Assembly: GCF_000400465.1 (NCBI RefSeq)
Contig: NW_008806283.1
Coordinates: forward strand, 20,001-268,000
DNA length: 248,000 nt
Reading direction: 5' to 3'
From: Wallemia ichthyophaga EXF-994
Taxonomy: Eukaryota > Fungi > Basidiomycota
In this document: positions 1 through 12,990 of the stretch, piece by piece
Layout of the letters: each line of letters begins with the position of its first letter
Position numbering within the stretch: position 1 is the stretch's first letter
Notes under the pieces: model-generated
What the model was told of the DNA's origin: nothing
The model's database searches: none
What the model saw: the letters and a program-made list of their open reading frames with translations, nothing else
Made by a program: the position numbers and the translations under genes

Positions 1-99
1 CTAGTTGTGTACGGACGCGAGCTTGTCGTTTCTCGCGCGGCTGACCGAGTAGCGAGATTCACATTTGGAGAGCTGTGCGATAGTGTGAGTGGGTGTTAG

Positions 100-927
100 G
101 TGTCGGTACTCCCCCTATCTAACGAGACAACAACACAACAGCCACTTGGACCCGCCGATTACTTAGCGCTGTCGTGTGCGTTTCACACGCTTATCGTCGA
201 TGATATACCTGTTTTACATCTTGCACAAAAAAACCAGGCGAGACGGTTCATTACCCTCATAGACGCTCTCTACGAGGCAAAATGCAGGTTAGTGGGATGG
301 GCAGAAGATGACATTACGTCGCTCTTCTTTCCCCCGTCGACGAATAACAAGCACGCAGACGCACGCGACTCGTTAGCGTACGAGAGTGTTTCTGAAGGTA
401 TAGAAGCGCAGTCAGCCCCACATGTCGCTAGTGCTGGCACCGTGAGTGATCTTTTGCCTAAATTTACCCAGACCACCACGCAGCTCGACGGTTTGGGTAT
501 ACTCTCGGGCGAGGATGAGAAATTCGCTTACAGACGGGCTGTTTCGAGATTGAGTGAGATGCGCTCACACAGCTACCTCACTCAACACCCCAATCGGTGG
601 ATCAGCTTGCCCGCGTCGAGTAGAGTGTGGGAGAGGAGTGTTAATGTTACGCGGAGTGTGGCGAATGTGGGGCAGACTAGTAGCACAATGGCACACCCAG
701 CACATTGCGATTTCAGCGACGAATACAGCAATCCCGCTGGCATGTCTCAGCGCAGAAATGCACCAGTCTTCTCGGATAATCACGTCTGGGGCGTGAGAGA
801 TGATCACGGGATGGCGTCGGGAGCGTGGGGCATGGGCAGTAAGGCGTTCGAGAACTCGGATGGCGCGAGAGTGGAACGAGCACGACGCGAACATAGGAAA
901 AGTCAGCGGATGGCTCGGAGAAAATGA
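100..927 (+). CDS. AFG1: AFG1/LACE1-like ATPase, C-terminal part (5' end outside window)
   Basis: FHTLIVDDIP...KNQARRFITLIDALYEAKCRL and AYRRAVSRLSEM motifs. Confidence 0.8.
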   Translation: MSVLPLSNETTTQQPLGPADYLALSCAFHTLIVDDIPVLHLAQKNQARRFITLIDALYEAKCRLVGWAEDDITSLFFPPSTNNKHADARDSLAYESVSEGIEAQSAPHVASAGTVSDLLPKFTQTTTQLDGLGILSGEDEKFAYRRAVSRLSEMRSHSYLTQHPNRWISLPASSRVWERSVNVTRSVANVGQTSSTMAHPAHCDFSDEYSNPAGMSQRRNAPVFSDNHVWGVRDDHGMASGAWGMGSKAFENSDGARVERARREHRKSQRMARRK

Positions 928-1002
928 ATAAATATGATTGCATTAGTACAACAAGTGAGTGTGAATTGTGTAGTTCTATTGATGGGTGGTTGGTATACAT
1001 GA

Positions 1003-1926
1003 TCACGCTGTGGTCATGGCAGACTGATTCCACCAGTCGCCAGCTGAGGCAGGTGTGGGTGTGCTGCTAGAGTTGACATCCACAGTATTTTTCTTCTTGC
1101 CGCCATTGTTGCTTTTCTTGCCACTTGAACCCTTCTTGCCGCCCTTCTTGGCCTGGAATATCTTAGCTTGTCGAGCAAGAGTAGCCTCCCAGAGGGACTG
1201 GTATCGCTTGTAAACTTCCATCGTAGCCTGTGCATCTATCACAGAGCTGTGTTCGTTCTCCTGAATGTCAATACCCAATACCAACTTAGCCAGTGCTTTC
1301 AATTTCGGTCTTTTAGTTTTAGCTATAGAGTGGAGCTGCTCGTATTTAGCAGTGTCACGTATAGACAGGGGAGGGTGAGTGAGAAGGAGGGCTTTAAGGT
1401 CGTTAGCGATCGCGTGACCGACGAGAATACGATTGTGGAGTAAATCTGAGACGTGTTTTTGTACGTGGGAGAAGGTGGGTGCTTTCTCAACGTCTTTGAA
1501 TGTCACACCACTAACCCAGGTACGAAAATCAGTCACTTTCTCCACTGGACGGACAAAGGTGTCGTAGATGACAGCACCGTGGTAGTTGACGATGGAGACG
1601 CGTGCGAGAACGCTCTCTTCACCGTCTCTACCCACGCCAACCATTTCACAATCCATTGCTAGATATTTGCCTATTTCTGCCTTAATCCCGGAGACTTGGG
1701 TGGGGAGGATGGATGGCGTAGGTTTAGCGAGAGTGGTGTGTGTAGTTTGTATATCCTGTGTATCGTGTGCATCGTTATCGTAATTCGACATTCTCGTCTT
1801 CTTCTCTGTATTGCTACTACTACTAATACTCCCACTGCGTTTACGTTTTGGGTGGTGGTTCTCACTAGCGACAGGCTTAGGCAGTTTCTTCTTAAGGTTC
1901 AGCCAATTGGACGAGGCTTGACTCAT
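1003..1926 (-). CDS. REX4: RNA exonuclease 4 (DEDDh)
   Basis: [34 protein letters not shown]. Confidence 0.9.
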   Translation of the reverse strand: MSQASSNWLNLKKKLPKPVASENHHPKRKRSGSISSSSNTEKKTRMSNYDNDAHDTQDIQTTHTTLAKPTPSILPTQVSGIKAEIGKYLAMDCEMVGVGRDGEESVLARVSIVNYHGAVIYDTFVRPVEKVTDFRTWVSGVTFKDVEKAPTFSHVQKHVSDLLHNRILVGHAIANDLKALLLTHPPLSIRDTAKYEQLHSIAKTKRPKLKALAKLVLGIDIQENEHSSVIDAQATMEVYKRYQSLWEATLARQAKIFQAKKGGKKGSSGKKSNNGGKKKNTVDVNSSSTPTPASAGDWWNQSAMTTA

Positions 1927-2008
1927 TAATTTTATCGCTCAAATTTAACCGCGTGGTCGATGGCCGTAGCGGAGAAGACGCTAACGACGATCAAGTTTCT
2001 CGTGAAAA

Positions 2009-3284
2009 ATGGCCAACAAGGAAATTTCATGTGGGGAATGGGTATTTGAGTAGTTTTAAGCCATTGACACACCCACTCACAGCCACCGTACTCCTCGTAC
2101 ATGCATTTTTACTCGCGAACAAACTCGATAAAACTGCAGCAAGGCTCTTGAAGGAGGTCCAAGGTAGTAGCGAGGTGGAGCTCGATGAGGCTAAACTGGC
2201 TAGCAGCAGGGATGATCCCAAGGGCAACCTGATTGTAGAGGCCGTTGCTGCTAAACTCGATCAGGCGAGGAAGGAAGCTGAGCAAGGCGAAGGCAGTGAC
2301 AGTGACAGTGACAGTGATAGCTCCAGCGACAGCTCCAGTGAAGACGAGAAAGTGAAGAAACCTGCTGCTATCAAGTCTTCACCTGCAAAGACACAGGCAC
2401 CTGCTGCACCAGCCAAAAAGCCAGTAAGCAGCAGCAGCAGTAGCAGCAGTAGCAGTAGCTCCTCAGACAGCTCGGATAGCGAGGATGAGAAGAAACCAGC
2501 TGCGAAGAATGTCTCAGCTGCAACGACCCAGACGCAGACAAAGGCACAGGCGGCACCAGCTAAAAAAGCAGCCAGTGATTCTGATTCTGACTCTGATTCT
2601 GACTCTGATTCATCCAGCGAGGATGAAAAAAAGCCAGCTGCTAAAAAGGTCTCACCTGTGAAGGAGCAGGAGCAGAAAAAGGAACAAAAGCAAGCTAAAA
2701 CAGCCGCAGCTAAGAAAGATTCAAGTAGTAGTAGTAGTAGCAGCAGCAGCTCAGACTCGGATTCAGACTCGGATTCGGACAAGAAAAAGAATGACAAGGT
2801 AGTGGCTGTAACACCCTCTGTACCATCATCTGCCACTAAGAAACGCAAAGCTAGCTCATCTAGCGACTCATCAAGCTCTTCAAGCTCCTCAGACTCAAGT
2901 GAAGATGAAAAAACTGACAAAAACACCACCGTCAAGAAGCAAAAAGTGGACGATAACACGGTCGTAGAGAATAAAGAATCATCAACACCAACATCCAAAG
3001 CAGTCACACAAACAACGACAAGCACCAGTAAGCCACAAGGAAAAGGTCAAAACGATCGCTTCAGAAGGGTTATTGCGGAAGATGTTCAATTCCACGATAA
3101 CAGACTTGCAGATAATTCATTCGAGGGTATTGGTTTGTCAGACAAGGATTTCGGTCACAAGGCAGCTTCCGATCTTGCCCCAACCAAGGGAGCAGGTTTT
3201 AGGAAGGAGAAGAATAAGAAGAAGAGAGGTAGTTATAAGGGAGGTGAGATATATATGGGCAGCAATTCCATCAAGTTTGATTGA
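2009..3284 (+). CDS. SRP40: Srp40/Nopp140-like nucleolar protein
   Basis: S/D- and K-rich blocks; C-terminal KGAGFRKEKNKKKRGSYKGG; ATG 2009 followed by one intron. Confidence 0.8.
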
Positions 3285-3305
3285 GTGTAGTGGATTGTAA
3301 TCTAT

Positions 3306-4727
3306 CTATCTATACTGGGTATAAATGGCTATAATGAGTGCAAAGAGTGCGACGATTGCGATAAAGACACCACGGTTGAGGATACGTTCCAATGGCACCA
3401 ACTCCATAACCATGGTAGGTAGAAGGGTGTAACAAGCAGTGAGGAGGACGTGCAGGGCGCGGTAGGTGGTGAAGAGCAAGTTGTGCGTAGACTGCTTGTA
3501 TAGCACAACGATACTCTTAAACGCTACAGCGAAAAAGTGGTAGAAGAGGAGTAGTGGTTGGGGAGTGACAGCGCTGAGCAGTCCGACTGGCCCATTGACG
3601 CACTCACCGCCTTGCAAAAAGTACTCAAAGCAACCCTGACGCAAAACCTTCAAATTCTCGTTATCACCGCTAAATAAATCGTAAAGCGCCATACTGAGAG
3701 TGTTCACAGTACCAGCCGTTGAGCGTCTTTGTGAATCCCAGTTTCTGAGACACCTATGAACGTCTTCCCAATTCCTCAAATCAACACCACGTAGCTCGGT
3801 AGAGAGAGTGTGCACATCTGTCAATGCACACGTCATCCCACCGCCAGTTAAAGGGTGGCGTTGGTTGTGTGCGTCACCCATAAGGACAGTACCACGTCGT
3901 GTATGGCTGCGCTGGGCCGAGGGGCGCATGTAAGTGTTAGGCATAATGCGTAGGCGTTGATCAGGGTCAGCTAGAGCATTCAAGAGGGGTTGCTGGACGG
4001 ATTTGGGGAGATATGGGAGGATATGGGAATGGATGTGTGCTGGTAGCTTTGAAGTGGAGGGACGATCACCGCGGACATCCATCAGAATGCGCACGTCGTT
4101 CTCGCCTATCTGGTAGAGGAGAATGCATGCGTGATCGTCGCCGAGGATGACATTGCCGTGGTGGTGCATGGGGAGTTGACAGTCGTGGAGAATCAAACCG
4201 ACGAACCAGGAGCAGGTTCTTGGAGGATTAAGCTTCTTTAAAGCGGATTTGCGGAGGTTAGAGAAGCAGCCGTCAGCGATGAAAGTGAGCGGGGCAGTGA
4301 ATGATTGTGAATCTGAAGTGATAATACCGGTGACAACATCGTTATTGATGGAAAGCGATTTAACAGTGGCTTGTAGAGTTTGTACACCTTGCTGTGACTT
4401 TGAAATTCTTCTCAATTGCTGTATAAATCTGCCATGATGAAATGATCTTCCTTGGTGGGGAATTGGGTACGGGATTGGAACTTGGTGGTTGTTGTAAATG
4501 ACGCAGTAACCGAGTACTGGGATGCTATCAATACCCTCTAAAGCTTGTTTAAACCCGAGTTTATCTAAAGCTACAACGCCACCTGGCTGGAGTAATTCAC
4601 CAACAATTCTATCTGGCTCTGACCAATCACGTTCAACGAGCAAAACACTGTTACCCTCTCTAGCCAACGCAGCAGCTAGAGGAGGACCAGCGATACCAGC
4701 ACCAACGACGATTGCGTCGAATGACAT
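3306..4727 (-). CDS. ERG1: Squalene epoxidase
   Basis: FDAIVVGAGIAG FAD motif, PDRIVGELLQPGG, RHPLTGGGMT. Confidence 0.95.
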   Translation of the reverse strand: MSFDAIVVGAGIAGPPLAAALAREGNSVLLVERDWSEPDRIVGELLQPGGVVALDKLGFKQALEGIDSIPVLGYCVIYNNHQVPIPYPIPHQGRSFHHGRFIQQLRRISKSQQGVQTLQATVKSLSINNDVVTGIITSDSQSFTAPLTFIADGCFSNLRKSALKKLNPPRTCSWFVGLILHDCQLPMHHHGNVILGDDHACILLYQIGENDVRILMDVRGDRPSTSKLPAHIHSHILPYLPKSVQQPLLNALADPDQRLRIMPNTYMRPSAQRSHTRRGTVLMGDAHNQRHPLTGGGMTCALTDVHTLSTELRGVDLRNWEDVHRCLRNWDSQRRSTAGTVNTLSMALYDLFSGDNENLKVLRQGCFEYFLQGGECVNGPVGLLSAVTPQPLLLFYHFFAVAFKSIVVLYKQSTHNLLFTTYRALHVLLTACYTLLPTMVMELVPLERILNRGVFIAIVALFALIIAIYTQYR

Positions 4728-4758
4728 ATGATGGTGGTTGAAGATCAACTACCACGGC

Positions 4759-5599
4759 ATGTGAGTTGTGTATTTAGATAACAAACCAAATTGATTAAAA
4801 AACTTCAAGGTCAGAAATTAAACTAGAATCTTTATTGGATTTATTAAGAAGATTACCTCCGCAGAAGATAGAAAGTAATTTGGGTGATTTGACAAAGTTA
4901 CTTAACGATGATTTGGATACACAGGATGAGTTTTTAGGTTGCGTGGATAAACCTTTAGAAGTACGCGTAGATAGCTCAAACAGACAATACCTCATTTGCG
5001 ATTACAACAGAGACGGTGACAGCTATAGGTCACCTTATACCAATCAATACCTTCCTCGCCTTACTGATGGCAGTCTCCCTTCCCCGCAACTCCGTCAACT
5101 CGAACAAGGATTGAATCAAGCTTTTGAGACATACAGAGACATGTACTTTGAAGGTGGCTTATCTTCTGTCTATCTTTGGGATTTGGATGGTTCTGCTAAC
5201 TTTGCAGGCGTTATTCTCATCAAGAAGGAGGTAGACGACGGCTGCTGGGATAGCGTACACGTTGTTCAAGTCAGTACACACGGTAGAGAATCCAATTACA
5301 AGTTGACTACGAGTGTTATATTGTCTTTAAGCGATGCTGATTCTAATCTTAGCGGCAGTCTCACCAGACAATGCGAAATTAACTCCTCGATCCCTTCAAG
5401 CTCATCGCATATCGCAAACATCGGCAAACTCGTTGAAGAGCATGAGAGGGGTATTAGAAATAGCTTGGCTGAGGTTTACTTGGGTAAAACAAAAGATATT
5501 CTTAACCTTTTGCGTATCTTTAATGGCAGAGGTGAGGAGAGTAGGAAGTTATCCCTACAACACGAGTTATTAGGCAGGTTGAAGAATAAATCTACTTGA
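4759..5599 (+). CDS. CAP2: F-actin capping protein beta subunit
   Basis: DLLRRLPP, CDYNRDGDSYRSP, SSVYLWDL; start codon probably split AT|intron|G. Confidence 0.9.
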
Positions 5600-5637
5600 T
5601 TTTAAAAATCCTATGTAAAAATCACATTCATTTCTCA

Positions 5638-5958
5638 TTATACACCCTGCTCATGCCTTTCTTTAGACATTCTATGGACATATGTTGTGGAAATGATGTT
5701 GACTAGGCAAGTTTAGCATATAAATCGCTTCAATGCACACCACTCACATGCCTCCATATACCTCTGCATACAGTTGTTTAAACAGCCTTCTTCACCACTG
5801 GATAACGCATTGGATGGCTTCAGTATACATTTACTGTAACATTGATTGTTCATATTATTTATCAATTGTTGAGCATTAGCTAAGGCGCTTGCTTGCTGTA
5901 TTTCATCCTTCATTTTATTCACATCTGGCTGCTTTTTTGAGGCACCGAAGAGCGACAT
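5638..5958 (-). CDS. TIM13: Small Tim chaperone Tim13
   Basis: Twin CX3C: NQCYSKCILKP...CLNNCMQRYMEA; one intron. Confidence 0.8.
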
Positions 5959-5986
5959 GGTGGTGTATGAATAAAGAAGTTTATCT

Positions 5987-6784
5987 TCACCAATTAACTC
6001 GATTTCCACTAAGCGTCTCACCTGGACTGTTTACTCTCTCTGGAGGCGTCTTTGGGAGCTTATTCACTCCCCATAATCCAGCACTGCCCGTTCTTTCCAT
6101 CAAGTTTATAGATTTTGGTTGAATTTTTGACCTCATTGAGGTATTCTTGTTGAGTTTATCGTTTGTTTCTTTGATAAGGTCTGAAATTAGTGTGTTGTAT
6201 GTTGTATTGTCGTTCTTTAAGCTGTCCAAGTGCTCGAGGTTGTAAGTGAGTTGTGCGTTGATTGAGTGTTCATGTGCTTGTAGATTATCACGCATCTTCA
6301 CCAGCACACCCACATTAACCAAGTTAAGTGTATTCAAGTCCACTCTATCTATCTCATCTGAAACACCTTCAATATCAATATCTGGATCTTTACCTAGTTG
6401 TGGCTGTGTCTCAATTGGTTTAATTGGTAAAATCTTCTCATTTGGGTTTATTGATAATTGTAATGGTGGCAACTTGTTCAAACCAATCTCATCCAAATTT
6501 AAAGGTTTCCCCAATGTTTGAAGGTATTGTCTACGCGTGAGCGAGTAAACGAATTCAAGTGGATTTGGTGGGTGGGTTGTGTGTAGCTGTGTATAAATAC
6601 TTCTTGCACTATTTGTTGTAAGAATCTGGCTATTAAAATCTACTTGTCTTTCTGGAATAACTTGTAACTCGGGTGATTGCAAATCCAACTCCAAATCAAC
6701 GTCAACTTGGTCTCCAAAATCTCCAAAATCATCTCCAAAGTCGTTTTCCTCAAAATCTTTAAATTCTTCGGAAGTCTGGCTCAT
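5987..6784 (-). CDS. Hypothetical protein with acidic DFGDF motifs and coiled coil
   Basis: ORF 5987..6961; first ATG (MSQTSEEF) at 6784. Confidence 0.5.
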   Translation of the reverse strand: MSQTSEEFKDFEENDFGDDFGDFGDQVDVDLELDLQSPELQVIPERQVDFNSQILTTNSARSIYTQLHTTHPPNPLEFVYSLTRRQYLQTLGKPLNLDEIGLNKLPPLQLSINPNEKILPIKPIETQPQLGKDPDIDIEGVSDEIDRVDLNTLNLVNVGVLVKMRDNLQAHEHSINAQLTYNLEHLDSLKNDNTTYNTLISDLIKETNDKLNKNTSMRSKIQPKSINLMERTGSAGLWGVNKLPKTPPERVNSPGETLSGNRVNW

Positions 6785-6836
6785 TTTGGTGTAAATCGAC
6801 TCTTGAATCGTGACGGTGACTAGCTGGCTGACTGGC

Positions 6837-9800
6837 ATGTCAGAAATAACAAATCTAAATTCTTTAATAAAGGTGGATAGTGATGGCGGTGTTTTGTGTC
6901 CCAATTTAGACGATATACACGCTTTACTCCAATCAAGATTTCGCGTAGATCTCCCTTTCACGAAGCTAGGATCATCTACGCTGATATCTGTAAATCCCTT
7001 GAAGCAGCTTCAATCTTACAACGCTCAATCTCAAATTGAGTATAAGCAGAACACTTATCTCCCTAGCCACTCTATTCTTCAGCCACACGCCTATGATTTG
7101 GCTAGCAGGGTTTTACTATCCTTGAAGCGCAAAGGTGTCAGCCAGGCTGTTATTTATGAGTGGGTGGTAGTTTTTGGCTGTTGGTTGTTGCGTATTCTGA
7201 CTCCTCTTCAAGTGGTCTCGCTGGTTCTGGTAAATCATACAACAAATCGCTCATAACCAATCAACTTCTATTTCTATCCAATAACTCTTTAGGATCTAAT
7301 CAGCTGATTGAAAAGATTAATTCTCTCCACACTATCATCAGCTCGTTCGGTAATGCTAAGACTAGCCTCTCTTCAAATGCCACCAGGCATTCCCTTCTCC
7401 ACGAACTACAATTCTCTAAAGCTGCGAAACTTATTGGCTCTAAATCCCTCCTTTTCAACCTTGACAAATCTAGAATTGGTCATTTGGCTCCTGATGAGCG
7501 CTCGTTCCACGTCTTCTATCAGTTCCTCGCAGGTGCTCCACCCAACCTCCAAGAACTCTATGACTTACAAGATCCAAGCTCATACGCTATGTTAGCTTCC
7601 AGTGGCTGCTTCAAACTCCCCTTTGGCCCTTTCTCTGATGACCACGCTGGCTATAACGCTCTCTATGATGCTTTCATTACTCTGGGTTTCAGGCAAAAAC
7701 ATATAAACTCTATTTGGAGCGTGATTGTCGCTATTCTAACTCTTTCTAATATTGAATTCATCGATACTGAATCGAGAGACTCTTCTGCCACCGTTCTGTC
7801 AACCCATGAACTTCAACTTGTGGCCCATTTACTCGGCATTGAGCCAGATGAACTCGAGGTTTTACTCGTCAATAGAAGCTTCTATGTAAAGAAAGACATA
7901 AGTACCCACCTCCTTGACTCAGCCGGTGCTGTACGCCAACGCGATCACCTCATCCAAGATCTTTATGCTATTTTATTCACTTATATCATTGAATCTGGCA
8001 ATCACAAGCTCGTTAATGACAAAAGTGCCTTGCAGATTCTTCAATTAGATATTCCTGGTTTTAACAGCAAATCACCCACAAATTCAATCATGTCGAGACA
8101 TTCATACCCACTCATCAACTCACAAACGTGCAATTTCAACGATTTCACTATCAACTACTCTTCTGAACTCGTCAATGCTTATTTGATGAGAAGAGTGTTC
8201 GATGATAGCAATTCTTACAATGGTATCCAAATCAACGATGGTTTGCAATTTCTTGATAAGTACCATGATGCTACTACCAGCGACGCTCTCCATTTGTTAC
8301 GTGGCTCTCCCACTTTTCCCACTTCTCATCCTCCTCCAGGGAAGCCTTTGGGTGTCTTAGGGCTCCTCAACCAGTCAGGAAGGCAGATTATGAGTGGAGC
8401 GCTGCTTGAGAATAGAGCTGACGATGCATTTATCGCCTCATTAAACAATAACTTCCACTCTCATAAAGCATATGAATTCAATCCACCAGGATATGGCAAC
8501 CCACCCACTTCACAATTCACCATTAATCACTGGGGAGGAAGTGTTAGCTACGAGGTGCATGAGTTCATCCACCGCGATCAAGATAGGTTGGATCCGATGA
8601 TAGTATCAACTCTTCGCTCATCGAGTAATTCATTCATCAGCAAACTGTTTAGTGGTCCCTCCATTTCCATCAAGATGCATCCAGTTGACGAGGAGACAAT
8701 AGCAGACTCACAAATCTCCACTGCACCATTGAGGGAAGTGTCTTCAATAAGCCATCCCGTCGATGGAGGACTATCGCAATCAACTCAGCACCAACTCAGC
8801 AGCCACGACATACACCCCGTCTCCACCCAGCTCGATTCGACGTATGGCGGCATACTGAATGCCTTTGACAAATGTCAGATGTGGAGTGTTCTCTCACTCC
8901 GTCCGAACGACAGTGGCTCAGCGAATGCCATCGACAAGCGCAGACTGCGCTGGCAGCTGGAGCGATTGCGAGTGGGCGACATTGTTGAACGTAGGCGCTC
9001 CGACTACGTTTCTCACTACCCCTTCGAAACATTTTGCACACGCTATATTTCAGGCGAGGCGGTGGATGATCCAGACATCGCTAGAGTGGCTGCACAGACG
9101 TATCTCACTGAGAACGATTTCGGCGAAGGGCTCGATTATGCACTGGGCAATGAGTGCGTGTGGCTTAGTTACGCTGCGTGGAAGATACTCGAGGATGGAA
9201 TACGCGAAGGGGAGCATGACTACGACTATGAGGAGGAGGAAGAGGACGGGCGTGATAGCTTTGGCGAAGCGCCCAAGGAAATGGCAGTCGATCCTCACTC
9301 CCACTCCAACACGCGCGCTTCAACTAACTTTGTCCCGATGAATGCGGCCGTTACTCCAAACACACCTCAAACTCCGCACGATGCGGACGGCTACGCATAC
9401 CCCTTCCCCCAAAGCGGCTATGCGCCCGTCGACGAGCACACGCCGTCGTACGCGAAGCAGGAGTTCGCAGACGCCCAGACGCCCGGGCTGCAGTATGAGT
9501 GGGGAAGCGATAAAGGGGAGACTATGAGCGAAAAGAGCGACAAGTCTGGCGCAGATTCCTTCGTCGCACACCGTCAACACGACGTCCAGAAAGCGCCGCG
9601 CAGCCCTTCGAGACGCTTCTGGGTAAAGCTCGTCTGGGCGTTTACCTGGTTCGTCCCGTCGCTCCTCCTAACGCATGTGGGCAGGATGAAGCGTCCGGAT
9701 GTGCGTTTTGCATGGCGCGAGAAACTCACTCTGTGTATGCTCATCGCACTTTTTTGCGGCGCTGTCCTCTTCTATATTATCGGCTTCGGGAAGGTCCTCT

Positions 9801-12800
9801 GCCCTAATTATAACAAGGCGTGGAGTGATGGCCAGCTAGGATCGCATGCGTCAGACGATGACTTCTGGGTTGGTATCCAGGGTTCAGGTAGGTGCAGAAG
9901 GTACTAAGCTAAACTCGCTCAACTAACTCAAACCCTCCTCAGTCTACGATATCTCCGACTTCTGGAGGACTAAACACTCGGACATAGAGTCACGCCCTGT
10001 TACATCGGAACAGATGAAGCAGCTCGGCGGGCGCGACCTCACTGATTACTTCCCTCCACCACTCGAATGGGCTTGCGAGGGTCTGACGGATGGTGACATA
10101 CCCAACTACGATCCCGGAAGCAGACTACTTGCCGTCCCAACTGCCGACCATAGCTCAGGAACCGAGTACGAACTCAATGAAGACTCAGCACTCCAGTCGT
10201 CCACCTGGTACCCCGATAACTTCCTTCCCAAGATGAAACCCATGTACAAGGGTTTGTTTGTGATTCAGAAGGAGGACGTACAGGAGGACGGCTTTAAGCG
10301 TGACAAGCAGAAGGCTATGTATGACGGCGGGGTTTACGACCTAAGTGCATACCTCTCCACCGTCAAGTACTACTCTTCGACGAATGATGCTGTGCAATTC
10401 ATGGACGAGAGCGTCACCGATCTTTTCAAGGAGAAAGCGGGGCAGGATATTACGAAGGAGCTCAACGAGGTGTTGGACGGCATGGACAACACGCGCGCCG
10501 ATCAGCACAAACAGTGTCTTAAGCGCAGGTACTATCTCGGCGACGTTGATTTCAGAGACACGCCCAGATGTCAGGCGCAGAACTACATCCTGCTCTCCTT
10601 CACCGTATTTCTCTGTTGCATTCTCCTTGTCAAGTTCCTAGCGGCGCTCCAGCTCGGCAGCAAGCGCAAACCGGAGCCACAGGACAAATTTGTTATATGT
10701 CAGGTGCGTGTGGTTTGTGCGTTATGCACCGTGCATTTTGCTAACATATACATAGGTTCCCGCTTACACTGAAGGTGAGGATTCGCTGAAGAAGACGATC
10801 GACAGCTTGGCCGGGTTGGAGTATGACGACAAGCGCAAACTCATCCTCGTAGTGTGTGACGGCAACATTATTGGTGGTGGGAACGACAGAACAACACCGC
10901 GCATAGTTCTCGATATATTCGGTGTCGATCCTGAAATCGACCCTGAGCCACTGATGCTTAAGTCTCTCGGCGAGGGCGGCAAGCAGATGAATTACGGCAA
11001 GGTGTATTCGGGGTTATATGAGTACGAGGGGCATGTTGTACCCTTTATGGTGGTTGTCAAGGTCGGTAAGCCTACCGAGCGGTCCAGACCAGGCAACAGA
11101 GGGAAGCGTGATTCACAGATTCTCGTGATGCGCTATCTTAACAGGGTGCACTTCAGCGCACCTATGTATCCACTCGAGCTGGAGATGATGCACCAAATGA
11201 AAAACGTCATCGGGATCGATCCGAGCTTCTACGAATACATACTCATGGTGGACGCAGATACATCCGTCACGCCAGAATCGGTCAATCGACTGGTTGCACG
11301 ATGCGTTGACGACAGCGCGATTATCGGGATTTGCGGTGAGACGAGGTTGGACAACGAGGAGCAAAGTTGGTGGACTATGATACAGGTGTATGAGTACTTT
11401 ATTTCCCACCATCTAGCCAAGGCGTTCGAAAGTCTGTTCAGTACTGTCACATGTCTTCCAGGGTGTTTCTCTATGTATCGCATTCGCACTGACGATAAAG
11501 GAAAGCCGCTGATCATCTCGACGCGTGTGATAGAGGACTATGCGGAGAACAACGTGGATACCTTGCACAAAAAGAATTTGCTCTCACTCGGTGAAGATCG
11601 TTACTTGACTACTATCATGCTCAAGTATTTCTCTGCATTCAAGATGAAATTCACCCAGGACGCTATTGCTCACACTGCAGCACCTGAGTCTTGGTCTATC
11701 CTTATGTCACAGAGACGTCGGTGGATCAACTCGACAGTACATAACTTTACTGAACTCATTAACCTTCCTGATATTTGCGGGTTCCTTTGCTTCAGTATGC
11801 GCTTTATCGTCATCATTGATCTTATCTCGACCATTCTATTGCCGGCAACCGTCGTTTATCTCGTCTACCTGATCACGATTGTCGCTTTGGGTCAAGGACC
11901 GTTCCCCATTATCACGATAATCATGTTAGCTGTGAGTGAATAGTTGGAGGTGATGATGGCATTACCTTCTCACTTTAACACCTGATCAACTTCTAACACT
12001 CCTCAGGCCACGTACGGCTTCCAAATCGTCATCTTCCTCCTCAAGCGCGAGTGGCAGTATGTAGGCTGGATGATCATCTACCTGCTCAGCTACCCCCTGT
12101 GGTCTTTCTACCTGCCGCTGTACTCGTTCTGGCATTTCGACGACTTCGGATGGGGTACGACGCGCGTTGTGATCGGTGAGAAAGGGTCGACCAAGATCGT
12201 CGCTACTGACGAAGAACCCTTCGACGAGTCGCAACTCCCTCTCAAGACATTCTCCGACTACGAAACAGAGCTGTACACTAAGACAGGCGGCACTAACCCC
12301 TTTTCCGACAGCCGCGGCATGGCTTCTACTATTAGTGACTTCCAGTTCCCACCGCCACACGCAAGTATGCATATGGGCGGTGGTGGGGGTGCGATGAGTG
12401 CGATGAACGGGATGAACGCCCGTTCTAACACTCCTGCTTATACCAACGCCGGCGATATGCCGCGCCCATACTCAACTTACTCCCTCGCTACCAACAACCT
12501 CGCTCCGAACATGCCGCACATGCAGAACATGCCGAACAATCCGTATGGAGCAGCGTCGGCGTACAACCCCACCATGAGCCACATGAGCATGGGCATGGGA
12601 ATGGGAATGGGTATGAATCCTTATCAGTCAATGTACGGTATTAGCGAGGCGCAGCTGCTGCCACACGCACAGATGCACGCACATACACAAGATCAAGATA
12701 ACTCGCCACACTCCAATTCAGCTGCTTCCAGACCTCCCTCTATGTTCTCGGGCGCGGGGCAGGCTGCATCGGACTTCGGTGCGAGCGTTGCTCCCAATCC

Positions 12801-12990
12801 CATCTCCGACCCCTCGGACGAACAGATTGTCCTCGCTCTCAGACAGTACCTCGCTACTACTCCCCTCATGCAGGTCACGAAACGCACCGCAAGAGATCAT
12901 GTAGCTAAGCGCTTCCCTAATGCCGACGTGGAGGCTAGGAGAGACACTATCAATCACTCTATTGACGCTATTCTCGAAGGTAGAATTTGA
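6837..12990 (+). CDS. Chitin synthase with N-terminal myosin-motor-like domain (class V/VII type), multi-exon
   Basis: GLAGSGKS P-loop; cytochrome b5-like region; [16 protein letters not shown]; DEK-C tail; spans ORFs 6810, 7160, 10014, 10807, 12070. Confidence 0.9.

Noticed and set aside
2261-3025. Long antisense ORFs (also 48647, 105645, 112899, 139945)
   Set aside because: They are shadows of low-complexity or repetitive coding sequence on the other strand.
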